Origin: Schizosaccharomyces osmophilus
Taxonomy: Eukaryota
Length of the DNA: 64,000 bases
Direction of reading: 5' to 3'
NCBI RefSeq assembly: GCF_027921745.1
Contig: NC_079238.1
Location: 4,092,001-4,156,000 of the forward strand
Position numbers and translations under genes: made by a program. The notes below the pieces were generated by a model. That model was not told where the DNA came from and made no database searches. It saw nothing but the letters and a program-made list of their open reading frames with translations. Below are positions 1 to 12,035 of this stretch, piece by piece. The first letter of the stretch is position 1. The number at the start of each line of letters is the position of its first letter.

Positions 1-3000
1 GTCCAGCTTCCATCAAATTTTGTTCTGTAGAGCTTGGGTTGGCTGGATCAGCAGGTAAAGTGTTTTCAATAGTACGGGTTTCGACAGCGATAACACCAAT
101 CGGTATACCACCTAAGCGTGCACGACCAACGACAACTGTCTTAGCCCATCCATCCAAAGTTTCTTGGAATGAACCCTTGTCAAACAAACCGTACAAAAAC
201 AAATCCTCATCCTCTTTACCATCAATCAACCAGCGAGGATCGTAACCGTTCTGATTGGGATAATACTCAACATCACGATCCCAAGGATCGCTCGATGGCG
301 ATACAGGAACAGGGTTATTACGCTTATCAGGAATATATGCAAGCCAGTTAACAATTTTGGAAATTCCGTCAAAATCATCTTGGGCGGTTAAGTGAGAGAT
401 ACCGTTTCTATGCATGATTTGAGTACCACCCAATTGTAAGTTAGAATTATAGACTTCATGTCCCAATACCTTATTAAGGGCAGGAGCACCTGTAAGGATA
501 ATTGGCTGGCCTTCAACTTGAACCGCTCTCTGTCCGAGGCGAACGAGATATGCACCAATGCCAACCGCACGGCAAGTAACAAGCGTGCAGGTGAAAATCT
601 CATTATAAGCCCGAGATGTAACACCAGCAATCAAGCCAGAACCTCTCAAACATTCAACACCTAGTCCCTCACCAGAACCAATAATAGCTGTGATCTTGTA
701 ACGAACTTCGCCGGACTCAGTTTGAATTTTTTCAGTATGAACCGTTTTGATGTTCTGTTTGTCTAAGCGTTCTTGAACTTCAGGTGTCAAATACAAATAC
801 TCGAATCCTTTTTCGGGTGAGTTGACGTCGTTCCAAGCAATATTAAATAAGGGAATCAACTCATCGGCAACACCAATACGGGCTCCAGAATTGGCAGCCA
901 AGTATAGTCTGGGAACGCCACGCTGACGAGAAAGTTCTGTCACCTTGAAAAAGAAGTTATCTTCACGAGGTCCAAATGAGCCAATTTGATAAGTAATATC
1001 ATTAGCGACGATGATCAGTTTTCTACCTTTAGGATACTCAGGAGTTTTGACAGTCACCGACCAAGCAACCATACCACAAGAGTTAGTACCCGGTTCACGG
1101 CTAACTTCTTGCAAATCTCCATTTTCATCTTCAACCAACTCCTTGCAATCAAACATGTCTTGGGGAACAGGGTTCTCAGAATGACCTTTATCAACTTTTC
1201 TCCAACTGTCACTAAAAGAACGACGGAACAACTCTGGGAAATCGTATACGAATGTCGTACCCATCAATTGTGCCTTATAGCGACGAGGCTGAAGCCACTC
1301 TTTGTTGGGATAAGGCGTGTTAATACGTCTGAGATGCATAGACCCAGGCTGGCCAATGCTCTTGAAGATCCAGGAATTATTTTCGGTCTTCACTTCTGCG
1401 TAAAGCTCAATATTTACAACAAATCCAGACACGTTGGATATTATTACACGCAATGGAAAAAGAGTATTGGTTGTGGGATCAGTGCAAATAATACGAATTT
1501 CAGCAGCGGTTACACGTAAACGCCATAAACGACGTCCAAAGCGTTCCAAAAATCCACCTAAAGCAGCTTCAACTTGTTTGGGGGCAAGTCCGAATGCAGG
1601 AAGGAAATTAATGAAAATATGATTAAGATCAGTTTGGTCAGGACCAATAACCTCAAGGGCATCAAGAATATCATTTATCAAACGATGAGTTTCAGATATA
1701 AGATATTCAGCAGTTGGTATTTCATCACGAAGTCTTCCAGGACGGACAAGAGCTCTAGTAAAGAAACGTTTATCCGAACTCATATTTTTGGCAGTTGCAC
1801 GGTAAACATGAATGTTATGGTTGTCGATAAAAACAGGCTCGATATTAAAGTTAGAGAGTCTACCTAATTCCAGCTGGAAGGCCAAAGCAGGTTCGATGTG
1901 ACGGATACGCTCATCTTCGACGTAGCGAACGGTGTTATGCTCAAAACTATCCGAGGAGGCACGATAAGTAAAGTAAGAAGGATGGGCTGACTTATTATGT
2001 CTTCCACCAATTACTGTAATTCTTCGAACGTTGTGATCTAATAAGTCATCTCTGAATTCGTCTAAAATTGAGCTAAGTTTATCCACAATAGCAGCATCTT
2101 CAAGGTCATTAGTAGATGTCAAAGCAATGTTTAAAACGTTTGTGAGCTCTTGAAGAGGAGTGCTAGAGGGCTCTTCATTATTTAACGTTAATCCAGTATT
2201 AAAGGTGTTGCGAGCAAGAGGTAAACGTTCAATAGACAAAGCAAGGTTGGTTTCCAGTTGGTCAAAGTTGTCCGCGGCAACTACGGCCCCGAAACGGAAA
2301 GGTTCAGAATCATTCTTGTTAACATACCAAGAAAGATCGCTATAAGATTGAAGACGTTTGTTTTCATTTTCCAACGATGGAGAGCTACTGCTAGGAAAAA
2401 GACCATTTGCACCACTAGCACCTTGCCCTGGTGTACTACTGGCACGAAGCTGGAATCTCCAAGAAATCACAAAAGGAGTACCAGTTCCGACGTGATAGTT
2501 CAACTCTAAAACAGCATAAGCTCGATAAGCTCTACGTACATACACCTCAAGTGCAGCCAAAGAGACCCATGGGTCGGGGTGACAGAAGAAAGCAGGTAAA
2601 ACATCGAAAACCGTGTACTTCGAATCAATGAGCTCTTTCAAAATATCTAGATTAGGAGGGCGATGTGCAAACTCGGAATCACCATAATGACTCTCAACAA
2701 CTGAAGTTTTCAAAATATGCTCCATTTGGGAGAAACGCTCATTGAGAGAGGGCATAGCGCATGTGATTAATAGCTCACGTGCTTTAAGAGATACCTTGGC
2801 GGTAGCTCTAGAATCGAGATCTGTCAATTTCCTTAAAATATCATTAAAATACAATGAGACGAAGCTAGAAGGTTCCGATTTTATAAGATCAAGTATTGTT
2901 ATAAGAAGGTTGTTCTTGGAACCAATACGAGAGTGAGACAAAGCAAGGGCAATAACTTTATCAACACTATCCTTGTTATCGTCTCGAAGACGAAGTGTTA

Positions 3001-6000
3001 CATCTTCTTCTCTTTTGTTGGGGCCTGAAAACAAGCGCTCAACATTGTAATACTCCTCCAGAATACTTTTAACAACACGATACTCATGCACCTTTAGACC
3101 GTCTTTATAATCATTAATAACATCAATCAAAGGAGCGATCTGTTGTTTTAATTGTTGGGTTAGAGAGAGTTTCTGGCCCTCGCAATAAGTTTTAACACCC
3201 AATTCCAACTGTTTTGCAGGAAATTCAGTTTTGCGAGCTCTTGCTTTTTCAAGAATGGAAGAAAGCAATTTATCTAAAGCAGGAGGCATACGACTAACCA
3301 ATGCAGAATAATGAGAACTCCACTCACTGAATGGAAGTTCTGGATCACGGAGAACTTCCATGATTTCGTTATAAGTGCTGTTGAGAATGATTTGATTATC
3401 ATATCCCTTCAAAATATCAAGTAAGATGTTTAGCAATTGATGATAACGTTGGCATGGTTTGTTACCAGCTATTTGAGGGTCGCCAAAATTAGGAAGTTGA
3501 CCGTTAAACGGGAGTGCATGCTTGACACGGCTAGGGTCATCCAGAGTAAGAATACCAAGTATATCGCCTGCACCAATAGATGCACCAGGCTGCTTAATCA
3601 ATTGCACTGTACCATCCTCGGCAGTTACTAACGGCATAATCATCTTCATAACCTCAACCTCTGCATAAGCTTCACCTGCCTTAATGTGCTCGCCTGTTTC
3701 CACCAAAAAGCGAACCAATTTACCGGGGGAAGGAGTACGTAGCTGTGTTGGGTCATTTTCCCGTTCCAACATGCATGACATGTTGTCAATGGAAATTCGA
3801 GTACCGGTAACTTCATCCCGATAGTAAACAGTATAAGACTGGCCGTTCAATAAAACAAGTAAGCCACCATCAGTCAAAGAGCGGACACCTGCTGTACAAC
3901 GAGAGCCATTTAGAAACAAATGATAGGAACCTGGAGAAGAACGAGAAGCAGTAAGCCTATAACGATTACCATCGTATATAAACTCTATATCATAAACATT
4001 TTTGAGGAAATCACGAGAAGGAACTTGGCCTCGTTCCAAATAAGATTTGAAGGCACAATACTGTTCTTCAGCGATTGCATGAGCACGAACGAGGGCCCCG
4101 CAAACAATTGTAAGCATCTTATCGGGACGAGCAGAAGTTACCTTTTGAGCTATAAGTTTGTCCAACCAAGCAGTGGTAAATTCATTATGGGCAAACTCAC
4201 CAGTCTCAAGTAGACGAACTAAATATTCAACGGTTGTTCTAAAGTCACCGCGAATAGACAGCTCCTTCAAAGCTACAATCATTGATTTACGGGTAGCTTC
4301 ACGGCTATCTGCGAATGCAAAAATATGACCGAATTGGGAATCGGCAAATTCATGAATACCACCAGCGGTACCAACAGAAAAGTAACCCCATACATCGCTC
4401 GAAGAGCGGAAATTTAAGTCTTTAATCATACCGCTGGAAGGCTTGAAACCTTCACCGGGGTCCTCTGAGGTGATACGGCAAGCAATACAGTGACCCTTAG
4501 GTGTGGGGACTTTTTGAACCTTATGGGACTCTGGGTTGTCAAATGCAAAGTCAATTTCAGTTTCTGTATCACGTGATAAGCCGTAAAGCTCACGAATGTG
4601 GGGAATGCGATTTAAGGGAAGACCCATTGCAACTTGAAGTTGAGCAGCCGGCAAGTTGACGCCAGAAACCATTTCAGTAGTAGGGTGTTCTACTTGCAAA
4701 CGAGGGTTCAATTCCAAGAAATAAAACTTGTCATTTTCGGGTTCATAGAGATATTCGATAGTACCGGCAGATGCATAACCAACGAGTTCACCCAAACGAA
4801 CGGCAGCGCGCTCCATTTCGCGGAAAGTATTAGGAGGAGCGACGGTGACAGGGGCTTCTTCAATAATCTTTTGATGACGACGTTGAACAGAACAATCACG
4901 GCCAAAGAGGGAGATATTATTGCCATATTGATCAGCTAAGATCTGAACTTCCAAGTGACGGGCTTGACCAGCAAGCTTCATCACAAATACAGGAGAGCCA
5001 GGAAGTTCGGCCAAAACCTGTTGATAAGCGTGGGTGAAGTGCTGAGAGGAAGAGACTTGACGAATACCCTTACCACCACCACCTTCGGATGCCTTGATCA
5101 TAATGGGGTATCCAATTTTCTCGGCGACAACGACACCATCTTCGGCGGAATTGATGCAGGCCTTTTGATAAACGTTGTCGTCGACAGTTACAATGTTGGT
5201 TTCAGGATCTATGCGGACTTTTTCGAGCTCAAGACCCGACCAGGGCATACAAGGGACCTTTGCGCTTTGAGCAACGATAGTTGAGCTGATTTTATCACCT
5301 AAACTACGCATTGCGCTACCTGGAGGACCGATGAAAACAATTTTTTGTTTACTAGCGGCCAACATTTCAGGAAGTTTGGGGTTTTCGGAGGCATGACCCC
5401 AACCGGCCCAGACGGCGTGAACCTTCATGCGCTCAGCAACATCAACGATGAGTTCCACGTTTGCGTAGTTATTATTATTTGAACCGCCGGGGACTTCCAC
5501 ATATTGGTCGGCCATGCGGATATAATCGGCGTTTACCTTCAAGTCATCGGGGGTAGCCATGACGGTGAATCTAATAGCTCTTTCATTATTAAACGTTTCA
5601 TAAGCCCATTTTCGAATGCTTCGGATTTCTTTCACAGCGGCGATACCATTATTAGCAATTAAAATAGACGTGATTACGGTATGTCCACCACGTGAGGTAA
5701 TATAATCTTTCACCTTACTGGAAGGCGCTATATCTAGGGAATTGCCTCCTACAAACGGTTAGTATTGAGAAACGAAAAGGGACTTTGCAAAAGGTTTTAT
5801 GAAAGTTTGACAGGAAAACGCCAGGAACGCGACATCGGTGCTCATCTTTTACGAAAACTAAAAAAAGAAAAGAGCGGGATTGTAGCCACTGCTTTCAAAA
5901 ACGCGAAAATACTCGCAGATCCGAGCTATGAACGAAAACTACAAATATACGCGTCGATTTTGAAAGACAAGTCTTAGCAATCCGTCTAAAAAAGAAATGG

Positions 6001-6140
6001 AAAAGAAATACACGACGCTTCGGACCTAGCTTACAGTTCCACAAGCAGAAATCAAACAAACAAATTTTCGCTTTTGAAAAGAGCAAATGAATTGCTCTTC
6101 TTTACATACCCAGGAAATGGGAGGCTATACGGGGAGCCAT
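1..6140 (-). CDS. cut6: Acetyl-CoA carboxylase (BC-BCCP-central-CT), 3' end truncated by the window edge; exons 6110-6140 and <1-5748
   Basis: Minus-strand translation gives MAPRIASHFLG|GNSLDIAPSSKVKDY...ILIANNGIAAVKEIRSIRKWAYE, IKASEGGGGKGIR, the biotinylation motif EVMKM (MKM at 3641-3649) and a KRLQSYSDLSW phospho-loop. Intron 5749-6109 has a GTATGT donor, TACTAAC branch and TAG acceptor. The ORF track misses it because there is no stop in the window. Confidence 0.97.
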
Positions 6141-6260
6141 AGTTCTAAATCTACGGGAAAAAAGACGTGGAAGGGAAATGGTTGCTTTTTATTGCGCTTG
6201 GAAAGTGCAAACCCGTGGTTAGAAATCTCCTCTCCCTACACGAGAGGTCCGGATGGACTG

Positions 6261-6268
6261 TTCCCACG
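6261..6268 (-). promoter_or_regulatory. CSL (Cbf11-type) binding motif CGTGGGAA upstream of cut6
   Basis: Exact CGTGGGAA on the minus strand about 120 bp upstream of the ATG; a second GTGGGAA at 6708-6714. Cbf11 is a known regulator of S. pombe cut6. Confidence 0.55.
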
Positions 6269-7735
6269 ATCAGTACAGAAAGTATGAAAAGACTGGATTT
6301 ATTTATAAAAAACAAATACATACTTTTGTGTATTTTTATTTTCTGTTTCTAAAGAAACCCGATTTTGTATTTTTTTTCGGTTTCAAATAATACTAGGGCC
6401 ATCTTAATAGGCGAGTTACCCACACTTTTTGAGGAGAATCCGTCGTACATGATTGGTTGAGCAAAAGGGGGGGTTGCACCTTAAATAACTTTGTCGCCAG
6501 CAGATACGCAGGACGCGCGTTGGAAAAAGAGAAGTTGTAAACAAACTGGTGAAACAAATTATCAGGACTCTCTATTCTAGCCTTTGTTCGAGTGTTTAAA
6601 AAGAATGGCATCTTTGAATTCAAATTCCATCAGATCGTTCTCTGTTTCTCGCTCGTACCCTTTCGTCAGGGTCCATGGAAACCAACCCCACCACCACATG
6701 AGTCCCTTTCCCACATTTCATCACTGGAGGAAATGGTTCCACCAGTGATGAAACTCCGCAAGGCCAATGTGTCTGTCCCTTCCCGAGTGGTTCATGAGAC
6801 AGTTGTGACTTGGTGTTGTGACCTAAACCGAGCAAATGAAAATTTAAAGGTCGCAGTCGGAAATGGGAAGAGCATTATTGGGTACGAAGGCTTTAGAAGG
6901 AATGTATGAAAGCAAATAGGTTTTCAAATGATGAAATTCAAGCGGCTTGTATGACGCTTTCTGCGGCTCACAAGAGGTTGCACTTCGTAGACGCCCATAG
7001 ACGGCTTGGCATGTTGGCAAAGTTGGAATGGCAGGGGAAGCTGGATTCTTGGATACACAGCTTGCTTAACCACAATGGAGATTGTCATAGACTCGTACAC
7101 TCATGGACAAGATGGTATATGAGGGCCCCATTGGGTTTCTTTAGATCGGTTTGTTTGGGTCAACTCAATGTTCAGCATCTCGTACATCAGGATGGGAGGG
7201 TTTTCCTTTAGTATGGAACTATTATGGCTGTAGTAACTCATAGCCTACAATTGCTTGGTTCCAGCTAAGACTAGTAAACAATTACAAACCTACAAACTTG
7301 CTGCATTGGTGGTTTGTTTCTAATTATTTTCAAAGTCCATGAACACGATTTGAAATGGCATAAGGTTGCTCCCTATATCTGTTGCTCTCTCTGTATGAGC
7401 TATACTTATTTTCTACGTTTCTTCTATATTACTTTGTTTCGTTTTGTTTACCCAGCTCTCAATATCATCTTCGATAATACGATCATTCTTTAACTGTTTG
7501 CTTCTTCCTTTTACGAAAAGCACGATTGCATTGTAAGTATTTTCCAGCACAAGTACATTTTACTTCGAAAGCGAACAAAACTTTCCTATTCTTTATTCTT
7601 TGAAACGTGCAACCCTTTTCTTCCTTCAAGGAACGATTCTGACGACCGCGAATTTGTGATTACCTTCCCATTCTCCCCTTTTTTGCTTTGTTCTTGCCCT
7701 TTTTTTTCATTTCTCTTTCAAAAAATCTCGAAAAA

Positions 7736-8345
7736 ATGGCAAATGCTGCTCAGAAAAAGCTCGCCGTGCAAAACAAGCGAATCCTAATGTTTATGCTCGT
7801 GGCCGATGTTACTGTCAACCTCTTGTTTATATTACTTCGCTTTTTCCTTCGTAGTCCTCTTTCCAAATTTTCTAAATTCTTATACGCCTTGTCTGCTGGT
7901 TCTGCTGGTTTTTTTCACTACCAGCTCAACCGTGCGGCTGCTCCCAAATACGACTCCAAAGGCGCCCTGCTGTACGTGGGTCAGGATCTCTTACAGCAAG
8001 GCGTTACTTCTTATATGATTGATTACATGTACTTCTCTTGGATTGTCATTTTCCTTTCTTCCCTTACTTCTATCAAGTTTTTTGCCCTTTATTTATTGGT
8101 ATGTAGACAAGAGTCTTTCCTCATATCCTTCTTTTTGCTAACACACCTTTTAGGTTCCCATTTTTGTCGGATACAAAGCCTTCCCCTTGCTGCGTATGGG
8201 TTTTGAGCAATTACAAAAGTTCCGAAACCGGGGCTCTAACGACCCTGCCTCTTCTGGACAAGCAGAACCTGCTGCCACGAATCAACCTCTATCCAAGCGT
8301 CAAGAAAAGCTTCGCAAGAAGGCAAACAAGTATCAATCTAATTAA
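7736..8345 (+). CDS. mug69: TMEM208/SND2 (DUF788) family ER membrane protein; exons 7736-8098, 8154-8345
   Basis: MANAAQKKLAVQN N-terminus, GQDL...GVTSYMIDYMY motif, C-terminal SKRQEKLRKK. Intron GTATGT..CTAAC..TAG restores the frame to TAA at 8343-8345. Confidence 0.85.
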
Positions 8346-8522
8346 TTTCCTCCCTTTTTCAACCCATTTTGATATTCCATCAAAGGTCTAGGTCGAATCA
8401 TCCAATTCCAATTGTTAATAAACTTTCCTACAACACTTTCCTTTTGCTAATATATTGAAATTTATAAACATACATAAATAAACTATAATCCTAATCATTT
8501 TACTTGAAATCATAACATATCA

Positions 8523-10361
8523 TCAATATGCAGCAGCCTGTCCATACTTCCGAGGGTCACTCATACCATAGATTGTATCTTTGTGGTTCATGACAGCTTG
8601 AACAGCACTCAATGGCCCAGCTTTTGAGTTTAATCGAACCACTTTATGTAGGTATTTTTTAATTCTGGATGCGATCACTTTTGAAAATCCATTTTCCAAG
8701 ATTAATACATTTGGTCGCAGTTGATGATGAGAGCGTGCACTAGCCACCATAGACTCAATGTCGTAATTCATATCCACACGTTTTACGATAGCATCCAGAA
8801 CAGCTGTAACAATTCGGCTACCACCACTAGCACCAAGCACCATATTGAAATTACCGCGTTTGTTGCTTAAAATCGTAGGAGCGGCAGAAGAAAGGGGCCG
8901 CTTATACGGTTCAATATAGTTCCACGGTGAAGGTGTCAAATTGAATGCATTGGAAGACCCAGGAATAGAAAAGTCATCCATTTGATCATTAAATACTATC
9001 CCGGTAACAGGGTCCATTAACTGAGACCCAAACAACAGATTAACAGTGGACGTCAAAGATACGGAATAGCCTTCATCATCCGTAACAGAAATGTGTGTAG
9101 TCCCGTGATTACCAGGAATATCGTATGAAGGATTGTAATGCTCCCACGAATATGTTCTAGTCAATGAAATATTATCACGGACTTGCGAGGCAAACTCTTT
9201 CGACATCATATTCGATATTAAAGCCATATTTTCTTCAATAAACTCTGGGTCACCAAATTGGGTGCGTCCGGCGGACAACCATTTCATCGCTTCAACCTGA
9301 AGATGTAACCTTTTTGTGAAAGATAATGAAGAAGCATCCATTGGAAACCCATCTAAAATGTTAAGTCCTTCGATTAACGCTGGCCCGCTCGTTGGAAGGG
9401 GACATGTAAGAACTTTGTGATCCCTATAGGTTGTCTCAATGGCATCAGATATTTCTGGGAAATATTGCTCGAAATCGTTTTTCGTAATAATTCCCCCATG
9501 ATTTTGGATAAATTCAACCATCGCATCAGTCAAGGCACCATTGTAGAATGGTTCAATACCTTCCTTTGCGATGATGTCCAAAGTTTTCGAAAAGGCGGGA
9601 CGACGCATTATATCACCAGCCTTTAATAACTTTCCGTACGGAGCAATGACAGAAGCCCAAGTTGAATCATTAACCAAGTTTTCCGTACTGTCATCTCGCA
9701 TGCTACGTTCCATTGTTGGTGTTATTGTAAACCCTTCCCTCGCAAGCTTGGCACTTGGCTTGACAACTTTAGACCACTCAAGCTGACCATATCGGTTCCA
9801 TGCATCATATAAACCAGCTAACTCACCGGGAATACCAATAGATAGAGCCCCAATTTGGGCTAGTATAGGGTTACCATCAAACATATGCTTGGAGGCATTA
9901 CCTGGAGCCATTTCACGAAAATTTATGGATTCAACAGTTCCATTCGGCAATTGAATAAGCATAAATCCGCCTCCGCCTAGACCACTAGAACAAAAATTCA
10001 CAGTACCAATACAAAGCGTAGAAGCTACTGCAGCATCGACGGCATTTCCGCCCATTGAGAGGATATCTACGCCAATGTTGGAGCATCCAGTGACTTCTGT
10101 CGCGACCGCACCCGACTTTCCTTTGACCTTATGACCCGTGTATTGGCCTGGTGGATAAAGAGGGGGATTGAAAGTAAAAAGAAATACGAGTAAAAGCAAT
10201 ATTCCAAATCCTAATGAGAAGAGTGTGATATGACGCGTCTGAAATCGAAAATATCGTTTTTGACGAGAGCGATGCATTTCTTCCCAGTCTGGATCATTCT
10301 GGTTTGTAATATGCGAGCTCCAGTCATTCAGTAAGGGAGTCGTATCTGATACATTAGTCAT
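8523..10361 (-). CDS. ggt2: Gamma-glutamyltranspeptidase (type II membrane Ntn-hydrolase)
   Basis: 612 aa; N-terminal TM, GGNAVDAAVA, SGLGGGGF, FREMAP, catalytic HGTTHISV, NDQMDDF, KRPLSS, GASGGSRI, SDPRK. Confidence 0.93.
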   Translation of the reverse strand: MTNVSDTTPLLNDWSSHITNQNDPDWEEMHRSRQKRYFRFQTRHITLFSLGFGILLLLVFLFTFNPPLYPPGQYTGHKVKGKSGAVATEVTGCSNIGVDILSMGGNAVDAAVASTLCIGTVNFCSSGLGGGGFMLIQLPNGTVESINFREMAPGNASKHMFDGNPILAQIGALSIGIPGELAGLYDAWNRYGQLEWSKVVKPSAKLAREGFTITPTMERSMRDDSTENLVNDSTWASVIAPYGKLLKAGDIMRRPAFSKTLDIIAKEGIEPFYNGALTDAMVEFIQNHGGIITKNDFEQYFPEISDAIETTYRDHKVLTCPLPTSGPALIEGLNILDGFPMDASSLSFTKRLHLQVEAMKWLSAGRTQFGDPEFIEENMALISNMMSKEFASQVRDNISLTRTYSWEHYNPSYDIPGNHGTTHISVTDDEGYSVSLTSTVNLLFGSQLMDPVTGIVFNDQMDDFSIPGSSNAFNLTPSPWNYIEPYKRPLSSAAPTILSNKRGNFNMVLGASGGSRIVTAVLDAIVKRVDMNYDIESMVASARSHHQLRPNVLILENGFSKVIASRIKKYLHKVVRLNSKAGPLSAVQAVMNHKDTIYGMSDPRKYGQAAAY

Positions 10362-11339
10362 ATTAAATATTAAAACACTTGAGGTTCCTTAAAAACGAAA
10401 ACGAAAAAAGACAACGGTAAAGAATGAAATGAGCAAAAAATGGTAAGATATGAATAAATCCAACGGTAACGTGAATGAAAAATTAATTCAACAAATTGTA
10501 AATTATTGCTTTGGTACAAAAGGACTGTCGTCTGTATAAAGCTTTATATGAATTCTTCCACTTGAATTATTCAATGCTGAAATACTCTCAAATTCAATCA
10601 AGAGAGCAGATACCGTTTTCTTACAAACACTAAATTTCCTATTCAGTTTCCTAACCACTTCAATCCCGAGCAGTTTAACAAATGCTTTCTACCTGGAAGT
10701 TCAGAGGCTTTTTACCATCCAACGCTTCACGAGAAAAACTACAATGAAAGCAATTTTATGAATATTTCATAAAATTGTCAACAAATTAATGGAATCAATA
10801 TAAAACCGAGTTTTGCAAGAAAAGTGAGGTATTCGCTCAATACTGAAGTGCGTACGAGATCCACTTCGATCATTCTGCCTGCTACGCGCAACTGCACCAA
10901 AAGAAGAGATATCACTCTAGCTCTAACCAGTGGAAATCATCGTCAAGAGATAATATAGAGTATTTTTTGGAAGCTATATAATTCATCCTTGGCTTTTTGA
11001 GAATCGTTTTTTGGTTTTGTTTTTTTGTGAAAGAAAACTCTGAAGACGACCGCGTTCTTGTTGGAGTTTAATATTTTATTTAAAAGGAAATCGACTCTTA
11101 TAGATAAACGATCTTTTGATTGTTCATTTTCTTTCAGTCTTTCGTAATAAAGCAAATTGCAGAAAACTAGATTCTCTGCCTGCTCTTACTCTTTAGTAGT
11201 CGAGCTGCGTTATTTTAAGATTAAATATAGGAAGCATAGAAACATTTCTTTGTTTTCTGTACCTTACTTTTCTTCTTGCTGAACTTCTGTTTGAACATAA
11301 GAAACCGAACATCGCTTCCTTTTTGTTAAACTTTGGAAA

Positions 11340-12035
11340 ATGTCAGAAACACATATTGTAGATGGAGAAGCCTTGCAATTTCGCAACTTGAAATACTCAG
11401 ATCTTGGGCCGATTGCGGCACTGAACCTTCGTGCTTTTCAGGATAGTGAAACATATCAATGGAGATTTCGCGGCGTCTCCTCGGCGGCTTTGGTAGCAAT
11501 TGTAAAGCACTTTGGTAGGAAAGCTTATTTGGATCCCCATGTAAACTGCAAAGTAGCCTATACTTCGTCTCATCCATATCTTGGTTTTTTGGCCTACGAA
11601 CAGCTTCCTCCTGCTAAACTCTCTTATTACGAAAAATTCATCAAATGGGTTAATTCTCTTTATGAACGTTTTCTTTATTGGTGGTATGATGCTAGTGCTG
11701 TCAAACGCCGTATGCAGTACAATGAAGTCCAATACGGAACGATGCTTTACAAAACGGGTTTACTGGCTCAACCAAATGGTTTCTTGCATGTTCATTTGAT
11801 TTCCGTTAATCCAGATATCCAAAAGAAGGGAGTTGGCAAGGCTATCTTGAACATTGTCCATCGTGATGCCGATAAGTATCGCCTTCCCTGCTTCCTTGTT
11901 GCTAGTACAGCCGGTTTTGGTATGTACGAACATTTGGGCTACCGTACAATTGCCACTACAGAGCTCCGTGATGATGAAACCGGTGAACTAGTCAAACTTA
12001 GTTCAGGCATGATCAGAGATGCTAAAAAAGACTAG
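11340..12035 (+). CDS. GNAT-family N-acetyltransferase
   Basis: 231 aa; acetyl-CoA-binding motif A (LISVNPDIQKKGVGKAIL) and motif B (LVASTAGFGMYEHLGY). Confidence 0.85.
   Translation: MSETHIVDGEALQFRNLKYSDLGPIAALNLRAFQDSETYQWRFRGVSSAALVAIVKHFGRKAYLDPHVNCKVAYTSSHPYLGFLAYEQLPPAKLSYYEKFIKWVNSLYERFLYWWYDASAVKRRMQYNEVQYGTMLYKTGLLAQPNGFLHVHLISVNPDIQKKGVGKAILNIVHRDADKYRLPCFLVASTAGFGMYEHLGYRTIATTELRDDETGELVKLSSGMIRDAKKD

Noticed and set aside
39..5284. Many plus-strand ORFs of 60-177 aa
   Set aside because: Antisense shadows of the acetyl-CoA carboxylase CDS; no recognisable motifs.
5765..6086. 70-aa plus-strand and 63-aa minus-strand ORFs
   Set aside because: Lie within the cut6 intron, start on TTG, and have low-complexity composition.
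7688..7735. TTG-initiated extension of the TMEM208 ORF
   Set aside because: Poly-pyrimidine UTR-like sequence; the family N-terminus begins at ATG 7736 in AAAAAATG context.
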